NCBI GenBank assembly: GCA_963762255.1
Contig: CAVXKA010000003.1
Location: 416,001 to 480,000 of the forward strand
DNA: 64,000 nt
Source: Candidatus Eiseniibacteriota bacterium
GTDB lineage: Bacteria; Eisenbacteria; RBG-16-71-46; JABDJR01
Direction: 5' to 3'
Numbering within the stretch: the first letter of the stretch is position 1; each line of letters opens with the position of its first letter. The translations under genes were made by a program, and so were the position numbers. Below are positions 1 to 18,200 of the stretch, in pieces. The notes beneath the pieces were generated by a model, which was not told the origin of the DNA, ran no database searches, and saw only the letters and a program-made list of their open reading frames with translations.

Positions 1-883
1 GCTGATCCGGTCCCGAAACCGATTGCCCAGGATCAACGCCGCATCGCGTAGGCTCGTCTTGCCCTCGCAATGCACCAGAAACCGCCCCCCCGGATACGCT
101 CCTGCGAAAGCGTGGGCATAGGTGAACGCGAGCTCGGTCTTGCCGATGCCGCCCAGACCGTGCACGCCGGTGATGACCCCTGCCCGGTCGTCCTTGAGTC
201 GCTCGCGCAGGTCGAGTAGCTCGTCCAGGCGCCCGGAGAAGCGCCTGTTGTAGGCGGGTACATCGCTTTCGCTCTCGGCCGCAAGATGAACCTGCGTGGC
301 GCGCTCATCGAGGTCGCGGGCCAGTGCGGCCAGAACGCAGCGCAAGTCGTCCTGACGCAACGCCTCCAACCCAGTGCGGTAGAACGGTTGCACGGCATTG
401 AACTGCCGCCGGCGCAGCTGCTTCACCACCGGCGCGGCGGTCTCGATGAACGCCTCGTGCGGTAGCGGCCGCCCGCACAGCTTCGCTACCTCGCGCGCAA
501 CCTCGTGCTCGTCGATCGCGCTGTCGAGCCCCGGTACCTCGACGATGTAGATGGGCGCCGCACCGGCGGAGAGGATGTGCTTAGCGATCTCCAGGTCGAT
601 CCAGGTGCGCCACTCGCGCCGGCACCACTCGCTGGCGAAGTAGTTCGGCGAGAGGAAGGCAACGAACAGCCGCGAATGCGCCAGTCCGTCGTGGATGCGG
701 AGCCGCCAGTCGTCCAGGCCGTGGATGTCGATCCTTGTCGAAGAAGCAGGTCAGCGAGCGTCCACCGGTGAACTTCCGGTGCTCCGCGAGCAGTTCCTCG
801 ACAAAACCGCTGATCCATCCCTCGCGGTTGTCAGCGCGGGCGTAGGAGACGAAGAGATCGTAGCGATCGTGGTCAAGCGGCAT
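1..883 (-). CDS. TIR-NB-ARC (STAND/NLR-like) protein, 5' part; one frameshift near 731; continues beyond the window
   Basis: ATG at 883 with GGAGG RBS. Reads YDLFVSYARAD...CFFDKD, then after a 1-nt shift DIHGLDDW...FVAFLSPNYFASEWCRREW (TIR with catalytic-position Glu), then in frame VPAYNRRFSGRLDEL...GVHGLGGIGKTELAFTYAH (NB-ARC Walker A at ~136-160). Confidence 0.85.
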
Positions 884-974
884 GGGCGACGGCCTCCAAC
901 GTTAACGACCTGCGCTTCTTGGACTACACGCACCGCCCTGGCAAGCGCGTCCACTGGCGTCGCATGTTCACAGG

Positions 975-1847
975 TCACAGGAATGCCAGCAGCGTCGCGA
1001 CCCCTTGACTCTGGAAGTACTGCAGGATCGTCCTGGTGCCCGGACTGTACCCGTCCCATAACAGGATCGCCAGATCCGACTTCACGCAGAACAGAGCGTC
1101 TCGTTCGCTCGGCCCCTTCATGCCCCTTGGAATCTGTTCCAGGGAGGCATCAAGAAACCCGAGCTTGCCTCCCCTGACAAGCTCTCGAAGTTCTGGCGCA
1201 CAGTCAAAACGATGGTAACCGACGGTAGTGACCCGCTGACTCTGCTCGACCAGGAAGCGCGCCGCGGCAATGTCTATGGTTCCAACCGCCCCGACGAGCC
1301 ACTTAGTCGTCTCCGAGAGATACGGTGTCAGAACGCGTTCCACCCTCCGACGCGTGACCACTTCGTCTGCGGTCATCGTGCCGGTCACAGAGATCGTCCG
1401 CTGCTCCGCAGCCTTCACCGACGCCAGTTCTGTCGCGCCCGACCCCTTCAGTGCATAGCGGGAGAGAGTTTGCCGAACGGCTTCAGCCAGTCTCTCCGCA
1501 AGCCGGGCCTCGCTTCCGATCGAGTACTTCAGGACACGGTGGGACTTCAGATCGAAGGGGAGTTCGTCTATGTCTTGCCCGATGAGGATCGTCGGCTTGC
1601 CCAGGGCCATTGCATAGCCTGTCTCCCACATCACGTTCGGGGTGTGGCCGCTGACGTTGGCTATGCAGAACGCGGCTTCATGGAGACCGATGAGGATATC
1701 ATCGGTGATGCGTCCCGCCGACTTCACGTCCTTCAGCCAGTAACACTCGAAGACCGCCCCCGGAACCGCCGAAGTCGCCACCTTCTTGACAACGTCGAAC
1801 ACGGGATCAAAAGCCGTTGCGAAAGGCATGATGACAAAGCACTTCAT
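975..1847 (-). CDS. Nucleoside 2-deoxyribosyltransferase-like (N-glycosidase) domain fused to a C-terminal SLOG (YspA/DprA-like) domain
   Basis: N-term CFVIMPF...CIANVSGHTPNVMWETGYAMALGKPTILI...LPFDL is the NDT/DRHyd-like signature. C-term ISVTGT...GAVGTIDIAA...RDALFCVKSDLAILLWDGYSPGT is a SLOG-type signature. Confidence 0.75.
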   Translation of the reverse strand: MKCFVIMPFATAFDPVFDVVKKVATSAVPGAVFECYWLKDVKSAGRITDDILIGLHEAAFCIANVSGHTPNVMWETGYAMALGKPTILIGQDIDELPFDLKSHRVLKYSIGSEARLAERLAEAVRQTLSRYALKGSGATELASVKAAEQRTISVTGTMTADEVVTRRRVERVLTPYLSETTKWLVGAVGTIDIAAARFLVEQSQRVTTVGYHRFDCAPELRELVRGGKLGFLDASLEQIPRGMKGPSERDALFCVKSDLAILLWDGYSPGTRTILQYFQSQGVATLLAFL

Positions 1848-1978
1848 GTTAGCTCCCGCGAAGAGCCGATTCGGTGGTCGACTACTTCATCAATGCACAC
1901 CGAGGACCCCGCCTGTGATCTTCCCCAGAATAGCCATCCGTGCAGCATCGTTCGTGACCACCTGCGCATGCGCCTCCC

Positions 1979-5313
<3,335 letters not shown>

Positions 5314-5316
5314 GGC

Positions 5317-8228
5317 TTATTCCTCGGTCTCCCCGAACAGTGCCGCCCTGCTCGGCTCTCGGCTTGCCGCCCTCGCGGGCGAGCCGCGCGATCTCCGGCC
5401 AGCTCTGGACGAGGCCGTTGTAGGCGAGCGCCTCGGCCGCGCGCTTCTTGCGCTCGCAGAGGGTGTAGAGGCGGTAGGCCAGCTCGCGGGCGATCTCGGC
5501 CTTGGCGCCGAGCTTGGCGACGAGCTCCGCCGCCGCGCCTTCGCCGCCGCTTCGAGCACGCGGATCAGGTGGTGGACGATCTCCCACGCGGTGAGGCGCG
5601 GGTCGGTCGCCGGGTCCCAGTCGGCGGGCAGCTCGTCGGGCTCGCAGCAGCCGCACCTTGCCGCGGCTTCGATTCGAGGATGCCGGCCTCGACCATGCCG
5701 GCGACGCTCGTGTTCTTGGCCTTGGAGAGCTGTTCGGCCACGCCGTACTCGCCCTCGGCGAAGCCCGACTGCTCGAACCAGGCCAGCGCCCAGCGGCTGT
5801 CGGCGTCGAAGTCGCCCTCCTGCTCGGCCAGCGCCTCGTCGAGGGTCTGGTTGATGAGCGCCAGCGCCTCGCGCACGGTGAGCGGCTTGCCCTCGGCGTC
5901 GAGCACCTTGGCGTAGCGGGTGTAGACCGCCATGCCCGGGCCGATGGCCGCCTGCGCCAGGTCCACCGGCGCGATGTTGCCGCGCTGCAGGTGGGCGAGC
6001 GCCGCGGGCAGCTCGGCCTTGAGCGCGGTGACGAACTCGCGGCGCGTGGCGGTGGGCGCGTCGGCGGCGCGCGGGCGGCAGACGAGGACGATGCTGGAGG
6101 CGAGGGCGTTGGTGTCCGATGCCGCTCATGCGGTCTGCCAGTCTCCGTCCGCATCGGCCAGGTGCCGCTGATGGCGAAGCCGGCGCGGATCACCGCGTCG
6201 AGGAAGGTCTCCCAGCCGGTGCTCGCGGTGCCGTCGTCGCCGTCGCTCTCCGCCTGCTTGAAGGCGTAGTAGATGGTGACCGGGAAGGCCGGGTGCGCCT
6301 GCTCGGCGAGGCGGTGCATCGCCTGCGTCATGCCGTCGAGGAAGAACGCCTCCGCCTTCTCCTTGCTGCCGTGGCGGTAGGGCGTGGCGACCAGCTCCTC
6401 GGCCTTGGGCACGGCGAGCGTGGCGAAGAGGTCGGGGAAGACGGGCCTCAGCGAGCGGCGCAGCCAGACGTAGAAGAAGTCCGACAGGTCGGCGTAGCCG
6501 ATGTTGTCGTAGTAGGGCGGATCGGTGGAGACGACCTTGTCCGCGACTGATCGTCTGGTGCTGCGCATCGGCTTGCTGACGCGATGCCCGGCGACGTGCG
6601 CCGGCAAGCGCTTCGAAGCACCTTCGCGATCCACTCGACATGCTGCCACGAAGTTCCCGCTCGAGCTCTGCAGAACGGATTCGCCTCCGCGAAGTCCCAG
6701 GTCATCGGAATCGCCTGCCGGCCGAAACGTGCTGCGACGATGCTCGTCCTGTCTGGCATCCAACGTGCAGAGCGACGTGTCCGTAGTCGCAGCCTTGCTC
6801 AACGCGCGAACGCCAGATACACCGCCACCGCATCGGCGTAGGCGGTGGCGCCGGTGCCGCCGTCGCGCAGGGGCTTGCCGTCGTCGGGCAGGCCGGCGGC
6901 GAGCGCGTCGCGCTTCACCCGCTCGCGCGCTTCCTGCACCAGGTCGGAGAAGGTCGTCAGCGCCACGAGCTGGCGGGGGGTGAAGAGGTCGCCGCACGTC
7001 GTCATCCCGTAGTGGCTTCACGCCGAGATACTGCGTGCTGCCGGAGATCGTCGACCTCCGGCTTCCACGTCCGGCTTCGCCTTGCGCGCAACCGCCTCCA
7101 TGCTCCGGCGTCGGCGCGAGATAGACCCGCCCGCGCTCGCCCTCGGCGACGATCGCCATCAGCCGCGCGCCCATGCGCCCGGCCTTGCCCTCGGCCTTGA
7201 TGTAGTCGCCCGCGATCGGCGCGCCCGACATCAGGCACCGGAAGTTCGCGCCGCGCGCCAGCTTGGTGCCGCTCTTCGCCGCCTCCGCATCCTTCGGCTT
7301 CCCCACCTTCACCGTGAAGCGGTAGCCGCCGTCCTCGATCACCGGCTCGACGTACGCCTCCTTGCCCGCCTTGGTGGAGAGCATGAAGGTCGAGGCGAGC
7401 GGCACGTCCACCTGCGCGAAGGCCGGGTTCGGGCTCTTCACCGTGCGCGCCCAGAGCCAGGCGATCACGGTGAGCTTCTGGCCGACGTACGGCTTCAGGT
7501 CCGGCCGCTCCTTCGCCATCTCGGCCGTGACCTCGACCTTCGGGTAGAGGTGGCCGATGCGCTTCTCGGCCTCGTCGCGCATCCACTGGCCGTAGTAGCG
7601 CACGTCCTCGGCGAGCCCCTGCGCGCCCTTCCACTCCCGCGCGATGAGCGTCTTGTCCTCGCGCGCCTCGGGGTTCACCGGCGGCTTGCCCGCGAACTTC
7701 GGCGGGATCTCGATCATCGCCTTGTTGATCAGCACCGCCACCGGGTTCAGGTCGCTGGCGTAGCTCTCGAGCCCCAGCCGCTGCGCCTCCAGCGGCAGCG
7801 CCCCGCCGCCGGCGAAGGGGTCGTGGAAGGCGGGCAGCTTGTGCCGGTCGAACAGCTCCTTCGCCCGCGGATGGTCGGCGTTCTCGGCGCAGGCGCGCCG
7901 CCAGCTCTGCCAGATCTCGTCGCGCGCCTGCCTGCAGCACCGTCTCGTTGGTGGTGTTCTCCCACAGCACCAGGTCTTCGATGATGCGGAAGAGCCGCTG
8001 CCGCTCCTTCTCCTGCTTCTTCTCGGTCGGGAAGAGGTCCGGGTGCGCCGACGGGTCGTCCACCATCTGCGCGAAGATCACCGCCCGCGCCGCCGCCAGC
8101 GGCCGCCGCGCCCACCACAGGTGCAGCGTGCTCGGGTGCCCGTGGCGGATCGACTTCTCCCGCGCCGAGGCCTTGTTGATGGCCTCGAGCGGCAGGGCGA
8201 CTTCGATGAGCTTCTTCTTCGGGGTCAC
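5317..8228 (-). CDS. DUF1156-family adenine-specific DNA methyltransferase (frameshifted)
   Basis: [14 protein letters not shown]...[10 protein letters not shown] (DUF1156), DPFAGGG SAM motif near 7800-7825, TDPPYYDNI catalytic motif near 6500-6530; split over ORFs 7002-8228, 4649-7741 and 5565-5966. Confidence 0.9.
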
Positions 8229-9952
8229 GCGTTCTCGTCCCGACGCGGCCGAGCCTGGGTGGCGGCAGTGACGATGCGATCAAGCTTCTCGCCGACCTCG
8301 GGATCCAAATCCTCCACCGCGACGAACCGCGCCAGGGTGTGGTAGTCCGTCTTACGCATGAGGTTTGGCAGTTTCAGCTCTTCGTAGAATCTCTTGAAGA
8401 GCGGATCCAGAAACTCGTCGCTGATCTTCGTGTTCAACCACCACTCGTGTGCTGGGTCGCGAAGCGCGATCGGGGGGACGAGGTCCATGATGGTCCGATC
8501 CATCGTCGCGCGCCAAGATGCTGCGAACAGATCCCCGGCCTGCTCTCGCCCCTGAGCCTCGGCCCAGCTGAGGAGTGTCGCCCGCTGACATAGGTAGTTC
8601 TCGACTTCCCGTCGTCGCCAAGCGTGCTGCTGAAGATTGGGGTCCGCGGGAGGGGGCTGATCGAGGCGGTCGTAGACAGCGATCCCGACCAGTTCTGGCA
8701 TCGCCTCCCGCAGCGCATAGAAGTGATCCTGGGCCTTCTTGGGCTGGTTGGAGACGTAATGGACGAAAGGCCTTTCGAGAATGGCCTTGGCCGAATGCCC
8801 AAGCGTTGCAGCGAAAGCCCGCAAGATGGCCAGATCGGTGGATCCCTCCAGGTAAAGTACCCAACCCGTCTCCTCGGCCTGGACGTAATCCTCGAACCCG
8901 ATGTCCTTCAGGGCCTTGAGCACCTGGCTGCCCCGGTCATCGATGCGATGCGGCTTGCCGACGAACGCAACCACAGTGTCTCGATCCGCCGCTTCGTTGA
9001 GGATGACCTCGGAATGGCTAGCGGCGATGATCTGGCTACCGGTCTCGGCCGCGGTCTCGGTGAGCACTTGGTAGATCTGACGTTGGCGCAGAACCTCGAG
9101 GTGAGCGTCCGGCTCATCCAACAGCAGCACGGCGCCAGGGTTCGCGACCATGTGCGCGAGGAGGAGCAGGGTCTGTTGCTGCCCGCGCCCGCTAGCTGAC
9201 AGGTCGAGCCTCACGCCATCGGCCGTACGGAAGGACATCACGATCTCCCCACGCTCCTTGACGTACTCGGGCCGGTCAATCTGAACGCCAAAAAACGTCT
9301 CCATTCGCCGCGCGATCCCATCCCACGCCGACTCGCCCTCGCTTTGCTGTGCCACCTGCCAGCACAGATTGCGCAGAACTTCGGCTGTCCGGCCCTCACC
9401 AAGCCGCACGTTGATCGCACCCTCGTCGAGGCGCGTCTCGGTGGCTGCGAGACCCGACATGGGGGGTAAGTAGGCCAAGTGCAGCCGGCTCGCCTGCTCC
9501 GGCACCTCCATCCGCCCGCCGCCATCAAGGCGTGGTGGTCGGCAGTAGAACGACTCCTCGTTCGCGTAGTCGAACTCCAGCGCGCAGCGCCAAGACTTGC
9601 CATCGTCAACGCCTTCAACCTGGACTTCGATGAGAACATTCTGTGTCTTGGTCTTGCCCGCGTCGCGGAAGCCCTTGCGCACGTGGAGGCCGCGCCAGAG
9701 GAGGTTCGCCGCCGGCACCGGCACTGCCAGTAGATCCCGGCGATTGATGGTGATCCCAGGGCGTGTCTCGGGGACGTCACCTGAGCCTCGTTTCTCGACC
9801 CAACGCTTGGCTCCGATGTCCCACAGGGCGAGTGCCTGAAGCGCAGAGGTCTTTCCTGAATTGTTGGGCCCCACGAAGACCACGCGGTCAGCTAGTTCGA
9901 TCTCGACCTCGTTGAAGAGCTTGAAGTTCCGAATGATTAGTTTGGTCAACAT
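8225..9952 (-). CDS. OLD/GajA-like ABC ATPase with C-terminal TOPRIM-like domain
   Basis: [15 protein letters not shown] (Walker A), SASGRG signature, [10 protein letters not shown] (Walker B/D-loop), ASHS (H-loop); then [20 protein letters not shown] typical of OLD-type TOPRIM regions. Intact 575 aa. Confidence 0.75.
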   Translation of the reverse strand: MLTKLIIRNFKLFNEVEIELADRVVFVGPNNSGKTSALQALALWDIGAKRWVEKRGSGDVPETRPGITINRRDLLAVPVPAANLLWRGLHVRKGFRDAGKTKTQNVLIEVQVEGVDDGKSWRCALEFDYANEESFYCRPPRLDGGGRMEVPEQASRLHLAYLPPMSGLAATETRLDEGAINVRLGEGRTAEVLRNLCWQVAQQSEGESAWDGIARRMETFFGVQIDRPEYVKERGEIVMSFRTADGVRLDLSASGRGQQQTLLLLAHMVANPGAVLLLDEPDAHLEVLRQRQIYQVLTETAAETGSQIIAASHSEVILNEAADRDTVVAFVGKPHRIDDRGSQVLKALKDIGFEDYVQAEETGWVLYLEGSTDLAILRAFAATLGHSAKAILERPFVHYVSNQPKKAQDHFYALREAMPELVGIAVYDRLDQPPPADPNLQQHAWRRREVENYLCQRATLLSWAEAQGREQAGDLFAASWRATMDRTIMDLVPPIALRDPAHEWWLNTKISDEFLDPLFKRFYEELKLPNLMRKTDYHTLARFVAVEDLDPEVGEKLDRIVTAATQARPRRDENA

Positions 9953-10016
9953 CAGCGGTTCCTCCGGGTTGCCGGATCTCTGGCTGGCCCAGTTGCAGGC
10001 CTATCTTGCACGTCTC

Positions 10017-11240
10017 TCACAGCACCCTCCACCACGGCACGGCCAACACGTCGGGCGTGAGCCACTCGACCGTGCTCCCGGTGTGGAGCAGGAGGCCAGC
10101 GCGGGCCTTCTTGCCGTACTCGCTCCGGAAGGTGCGTAGGTGCGCAGCATCGTTTAGACGCGGTCGCGCCGCGCCCTTGACCTCGATGGGCAAGAGCCGC
10201 CCGCCGGCCTCGATCACGAAGTCCACCTCCTCACCGATCGCCGTACGCCAGTAGAACACGTCCGCGCGATCGAGGCGTGCGTCGCGCCAAGCCAGCAGAT
10301 CGTTGAGCACGAGGTTCTCGAAATCTGCGCCGCCGGGCTCGTCGCCTTCCCCGAGATGCAGAGCCACCCCCGTGTCGCCCCAGTAGAGCTTCGGCGACTT
10401 GATCAGCCGCTTGGTCCGGTTCACCGCATAGGCAGGAAGCCGCACAAGCAGGTACGAGGTCTCAAGCAGATTGAGGTACCGGTGCACGGTGGGTTGCGCC
10501 AGTGCCACGTCACGGCCCAGCTCCGTCTGATTGACGAGTTGGCCGATTCGCAGGCAGGCTGCGCGCATCAGACGACGGAAGTCGGGTAGCGCCGCGATAG
10601 AGGAAAGCTCCTGCAGGTCACGCTCGAGGTAGGTGCGCACGTAGCCGTCGAACCAGATCGCTCGCTCGCGGGCCGTTCGCATGTGGACCGCCGGGGTCGG
10701 GAAACCGCCTCGGCGAGCAAGAACGCGCCAGTCTTCGGGTTTGTCCGGCTCCGCTGAGAGCAGGTCCAGCCAGTCCTCGTCGCGGGCCGCGAGTAACTCC
10801 TCCCAGAGGCCGCAACGTCCGAGTCCCATCTGCTCGCGGCGCGTCATCGGCCAGAGGGTGAGATAGCTCGCGCGGCCGGCCAGCGACTCTGAGACCTGGC
10901 GCATGAGAAGCAGGTTAGCGGAACCGGTGAGCAGGAACCGCCCGGGTCGTCGGTCCCGGTCAATCGCCCGCTTCACAGCACGCAGCAGATCAGGCTCGCG
11001 CTGCACCTCGTCCAACGTGACCGGCTGGGCGCCACCCACCAGCGCTTCCGGATCGCGGCGCGCGGCGTCGACCACGTCGAGATCATCCAGCGAGAAGTAG
11101 CGGCGGTCACCCGGCGCGAGATTCTGAGCCAAGGTGCTCTTGCCCGTCTGCCGCGCGCCCGTCACCACCACCGCGGGCATGACGCGGAGACGGTCTTCCA
11201 GGCTACTTGCGACCAGACGGGGAAGAGTGGCGGCATCCAT
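10017..11240 (-). CDS. AAA_14 + DUF4143 ATP-binding protein with C-terminal PD-(D/E)xK motif
   Basis: GARQTGKS, LDEVQ, FLLTGSAN, SESLAGR, GGFP, KSPKLYWGDTG, EVDFVIE...PIEVK. Start 11240 chosen because TATCAT lies 7 nt upstream. Confidence 0.9.
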   Translation of the reverse strand: MDAATLPRLVASSLEDRLRVMPAVVVTGARQTGKSTLAQNLAPGDRRYFSLDDLDVVDAARRDPEALVGGAQPVTLDEVQREPDLLRAVKRAIDRDRRPGRFLLTGSANLLLMRQVSESLAGRASYLTLWPMTRREQMGLGRCGLWEELLAARDEDWLDLLSAEPDKPEDWRVLARRGGFPTPAVHMRTARERAIWFDGYVRTYLERDLQELSSIAALPDFRRLMRAACLRIGQLVNQTELGRDVALAQPTVHRYLNLLETSYLLVRLPAYAVNRTKRLIKSPKLYWGDTGVALHLGEGDEPGGADFENLVLNDLLAWRDARLDRADVFYWRTAIGEEVDFVIEAGGRLLPIEVKGAARPRLNDAAHLRTFRSEYGKKARAGLLLHTGSTVEWLTPDVLAVPWWRVL

Positions 11241-11432
11241 GGCGTGCATGATAATCATTCACGTAAAGAATGGTCAACCGAGAAGAGTCGTCGTTGGGAA
11301 TTGTCATTCTGGCGAGGACAGAATCCGGTGAATTTGTCCTTCCTGGAAGGACAATTGGCTGGGCCGCCCGTCCGAGGAATCGGATGATTCCAGCGGAGCG
11401 TCGGTCGATTATCGGATGATTAGGGGCCGCCG

Positions 11433-15021
<3,589 letters not shown>

Positions 15022-15251
15022 GGGGGGCAGGTTCCTATGGGTGAGGGGCGCACGTGCAGCCCGGTCAGCTCAAGTTGAGGCTATATCGACTCACGTCAGT
15101 TTGTGCTTGGCACCCGCCAGCACCCGAACATTGGACGGCGTGACGAAAGAGCACTGCCTCTTCCTGTCCTTGTCGCGGTCGCCGGCAGGTGCCGCGCGGC
15201 ATGGCCTCCGCGCAAGTGGCCATCCTCGGCAAGGCGCTTGGGCGGCGCATC

Positions 15252-18200
15252 TCACGCTTCTGTTCTAGCCGGGAGACGATCGAGGACTTCTCGGAATCCG
15301 TCCTTCACGATCTCCTCAAAGCCCCGCTTCATGACAATGTCCTTGAGAGCTCCCAGCATGGCCGGAAGGCGTGGGCACATCTCTTCCATCAGGTCCACAA
15401 ACACCCAGAGGTCGGTCGACTTCCTAGTCGGGTCAACATCCTGCAACTCTGCGCGGAACTTCTCAAGCCGCCCTTGCCATACCTTCGTGAGCGCGACAAT
15501 GGCGTGATTGTCATTCAGCAAGGGCGTTGCGTCGTCCATCACGAGTGCTATGACCTTCTCCTGAAACTCCGCCCGGTGGTAGGCACAGCGGCGGAACGCT
15601 TGGAACAACTCGTGCGCCATGCAGAATTCCGAGTGCAGCGACTTCTCACTGATCACTGCTACAATCCGCTTGGCTCTTGCTACTTCTTGCGCGAAATGCT
15701 CAATCGAGTCACCGCCACGCATCCGCTCCTTGTCACGACCGATGACGCGACCACTCTTCTCCACAGCGGCACAAAGGCGGTCGACAATCTCCTCGCGCTG
15801 ACGACCAGACGCACTCGAATCCTCGCCCCAGGCGTAGGACACATATATTTCGGGTGCTGTCGTTCGGGCGACCGGCGCTGGGGGAAGATCACTGACCGTG
15901 ATCAGGCCGGGTTGAAATGGTAGGACAGGCGCAGCGAATGGAAATCGACGAACGTCTTGCTTGAGCCCAGTCAGGGAAGCGGGGATGATTGGGAAGTGGA
16001 AACACAGCCGGCCGTCTTCACGGCTGGTTTCTTGTTGGTCCCATAGCCGTAGGAGATAGGTCTCACTAAGTTCCTGCCGTTCATCTGCGGGCCGGCCCAG
16101 ATACGCCGCCAAGGCATCGCAGGCTTCAGAGCGGGCGCCGCGTCGCAGGTGGATGAAGGCCGCCAGCCAACCGCTAGTCTCGCCCCTGCCGAAGGCGGCG
16201 TGTGGGAACTCGGATAGAGCGCGATGAGCGCCCTCGGAATCGCGACTTGCGAGCCGGGAGAGTGCTTCTTGCGCTGCCAGCGCGAAATAGCGGGGAAATT
16301 CCACACGAGCGGACTTGGCGAGCTCTGCGGCACCGGCCCAATCGCCACGGTCCTGGCACTCCAGTACTCTTCCCAAGGTCACTTGGGAACGCGAAAGCGC
16401 AGCAGGACCAGACTCGGCAAGAAGGTTTGCCAACTGGGTGCTTTCTCCTGCGCCAACACAGAGCAATAGAGCGCCCTCGACTACCTGCTGCCTCCCAAAC
16501 TGCTCAGGAATTCGCTTCAGCCCTTCGATCTGAACGGCGATGGCTTCACTTGGTTTGCCCGCACGGCAGAAGACCTCACCCAAGCTCTGGTAGAGCGAGA
16601 AAAGGTTCTTGTCCGCCGGAATGACCCTCAAGCCTTCCTTGAGCAGCACCACCGCCTCGTCCGTCTTGCCCGCACGCCCCAGTATCTCCGCGCAACTCTG
16701 GTAGAGCGAGGAAAGGCTCGTCATCCCCGGAACCTTGATGCCTTCCTTGAGCAGCGCCACCGCCTCGTCCGTCTTCCCCGCGCGCCCCAGCATCTCCGCG
16801 CAACTCTGGTAGAGCGAGAACAGGTTCTTGCCCGCCGGAATGACCCTCAAGCCTTCCTTGAGCAGCACCACCGCCTCGTCCGTCTTGCCCGCGCGCCCCA
16901 GTATCTCCGCGCAACTCTGGTAGAGCGAGGAATGGCTCGTCATCCCCGGAACCTCGATGCCTTCCTTGAGCAGCGCCACCGCCTCGTCCGTCTTGCCCGC
17001 ACGCCCCAGCATCTCCGCGCAACTCTGGTAGAGCGAGAAAAGGCTCGTCATCCCCGGAACCTTGATGCCCTCCTTGAGCAGCACCACCGCCTCGTCCGTC
17101 TTGCCCTCCAGCCCCAGCATCTCCGCGCAACTCTGGTAGAGCGAGAACAGGTTCTTGCCCGCCGGAATGACCCTCAAGCCTTCCTTGAGCAGCGCCACCG
17201 CCTCGTCCGTCTTGCCCGCACGCCCCAGCATCTCCGCGCAACTCTGGTAGAGCGAGGAAAGGCTCGTCATCCCCGGAACCTTGATGCCCTCCTTGAGCAG
17301 CACCACCGCCTCGTCCGTCTTGCCCTCCAGCCCCAGCATCTCCGCGCAACTCTGGTAGAGCGAGAACAGGTTCTTGTCCGCCGGAATGACCCTCAAGCCT
17401 TCCTTGAGCAGCACCACCGCCTCGTCCATCTTGCCCGCGCGCCCCAGCATCTCCGCACAACTCTGGTAGAGCGAGAATAGGTTCTTGTCCGCCGGGATGA
17501 CCCTCAAGCCTTCCTTGAGCAGCACCACCGCCTCGTCCGTCTTGCCCGCGCGCCCCAGCATCTCCGCGCAACTCTGGTAGAGCGAGAAAAGGCTCGTCAT
17601 CCCCGGAACCTTGATGCCCTCCTTGAGCAGCACCACCGCCTCGTCCGTCTTGCCCTCCAGCCCCAGCATCTCCGCGCAACTCTGGTAGAGCGAGAACAGG
17701 TTCTTGTCCGCCGGAATGACCCTCAAGCCTTCCTTGAGCAGCACCACCGCCTCGCCCGTCTTGCCCGCACGCCCCAGCATCTCCGCGCAACTCTGGTAGA
17801 GCGAGAAAAGGTTCTTGTTCGCCGGGATGACCCTCAAGCCTTCCTTGAGCAGCACCACCGCCTCGTCCGTCTTGCCCGCTCCAGAAAGCAACTCAGCTCC
17901 GAGACGGTAAAGCGGCGCTGCATCGGTGCGATGATGTCTCGTTCGCAACGCGTTCCGAATTGTCCGCATTGCCGCATCTACGCCCACCGCCTGGTGCTGC
18001 AGCTTCACCAGCAGCGTCCAGCTGACTTCCGGCCCCCCCCCACTTGCCGCACGCTCTGCGTGAATGATCGCGCGCTCAATATCTCCGACTCGGCCGCGTG
18101 TCTGCAGACATCGTGCGAGATGGTACTCGAGTCCCTTCGCTCCACCGCCTTCCAGTAGGACGGAGAGAACACCGATTCGCTCGTCCAATTCCTCAGGATG

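Noticed and set aside
16585-17879. Possible CRISPR array
   Set aside because: Units are in-frame 108/111-bp coding repeats with no unique spacers, and no cas genes are present.
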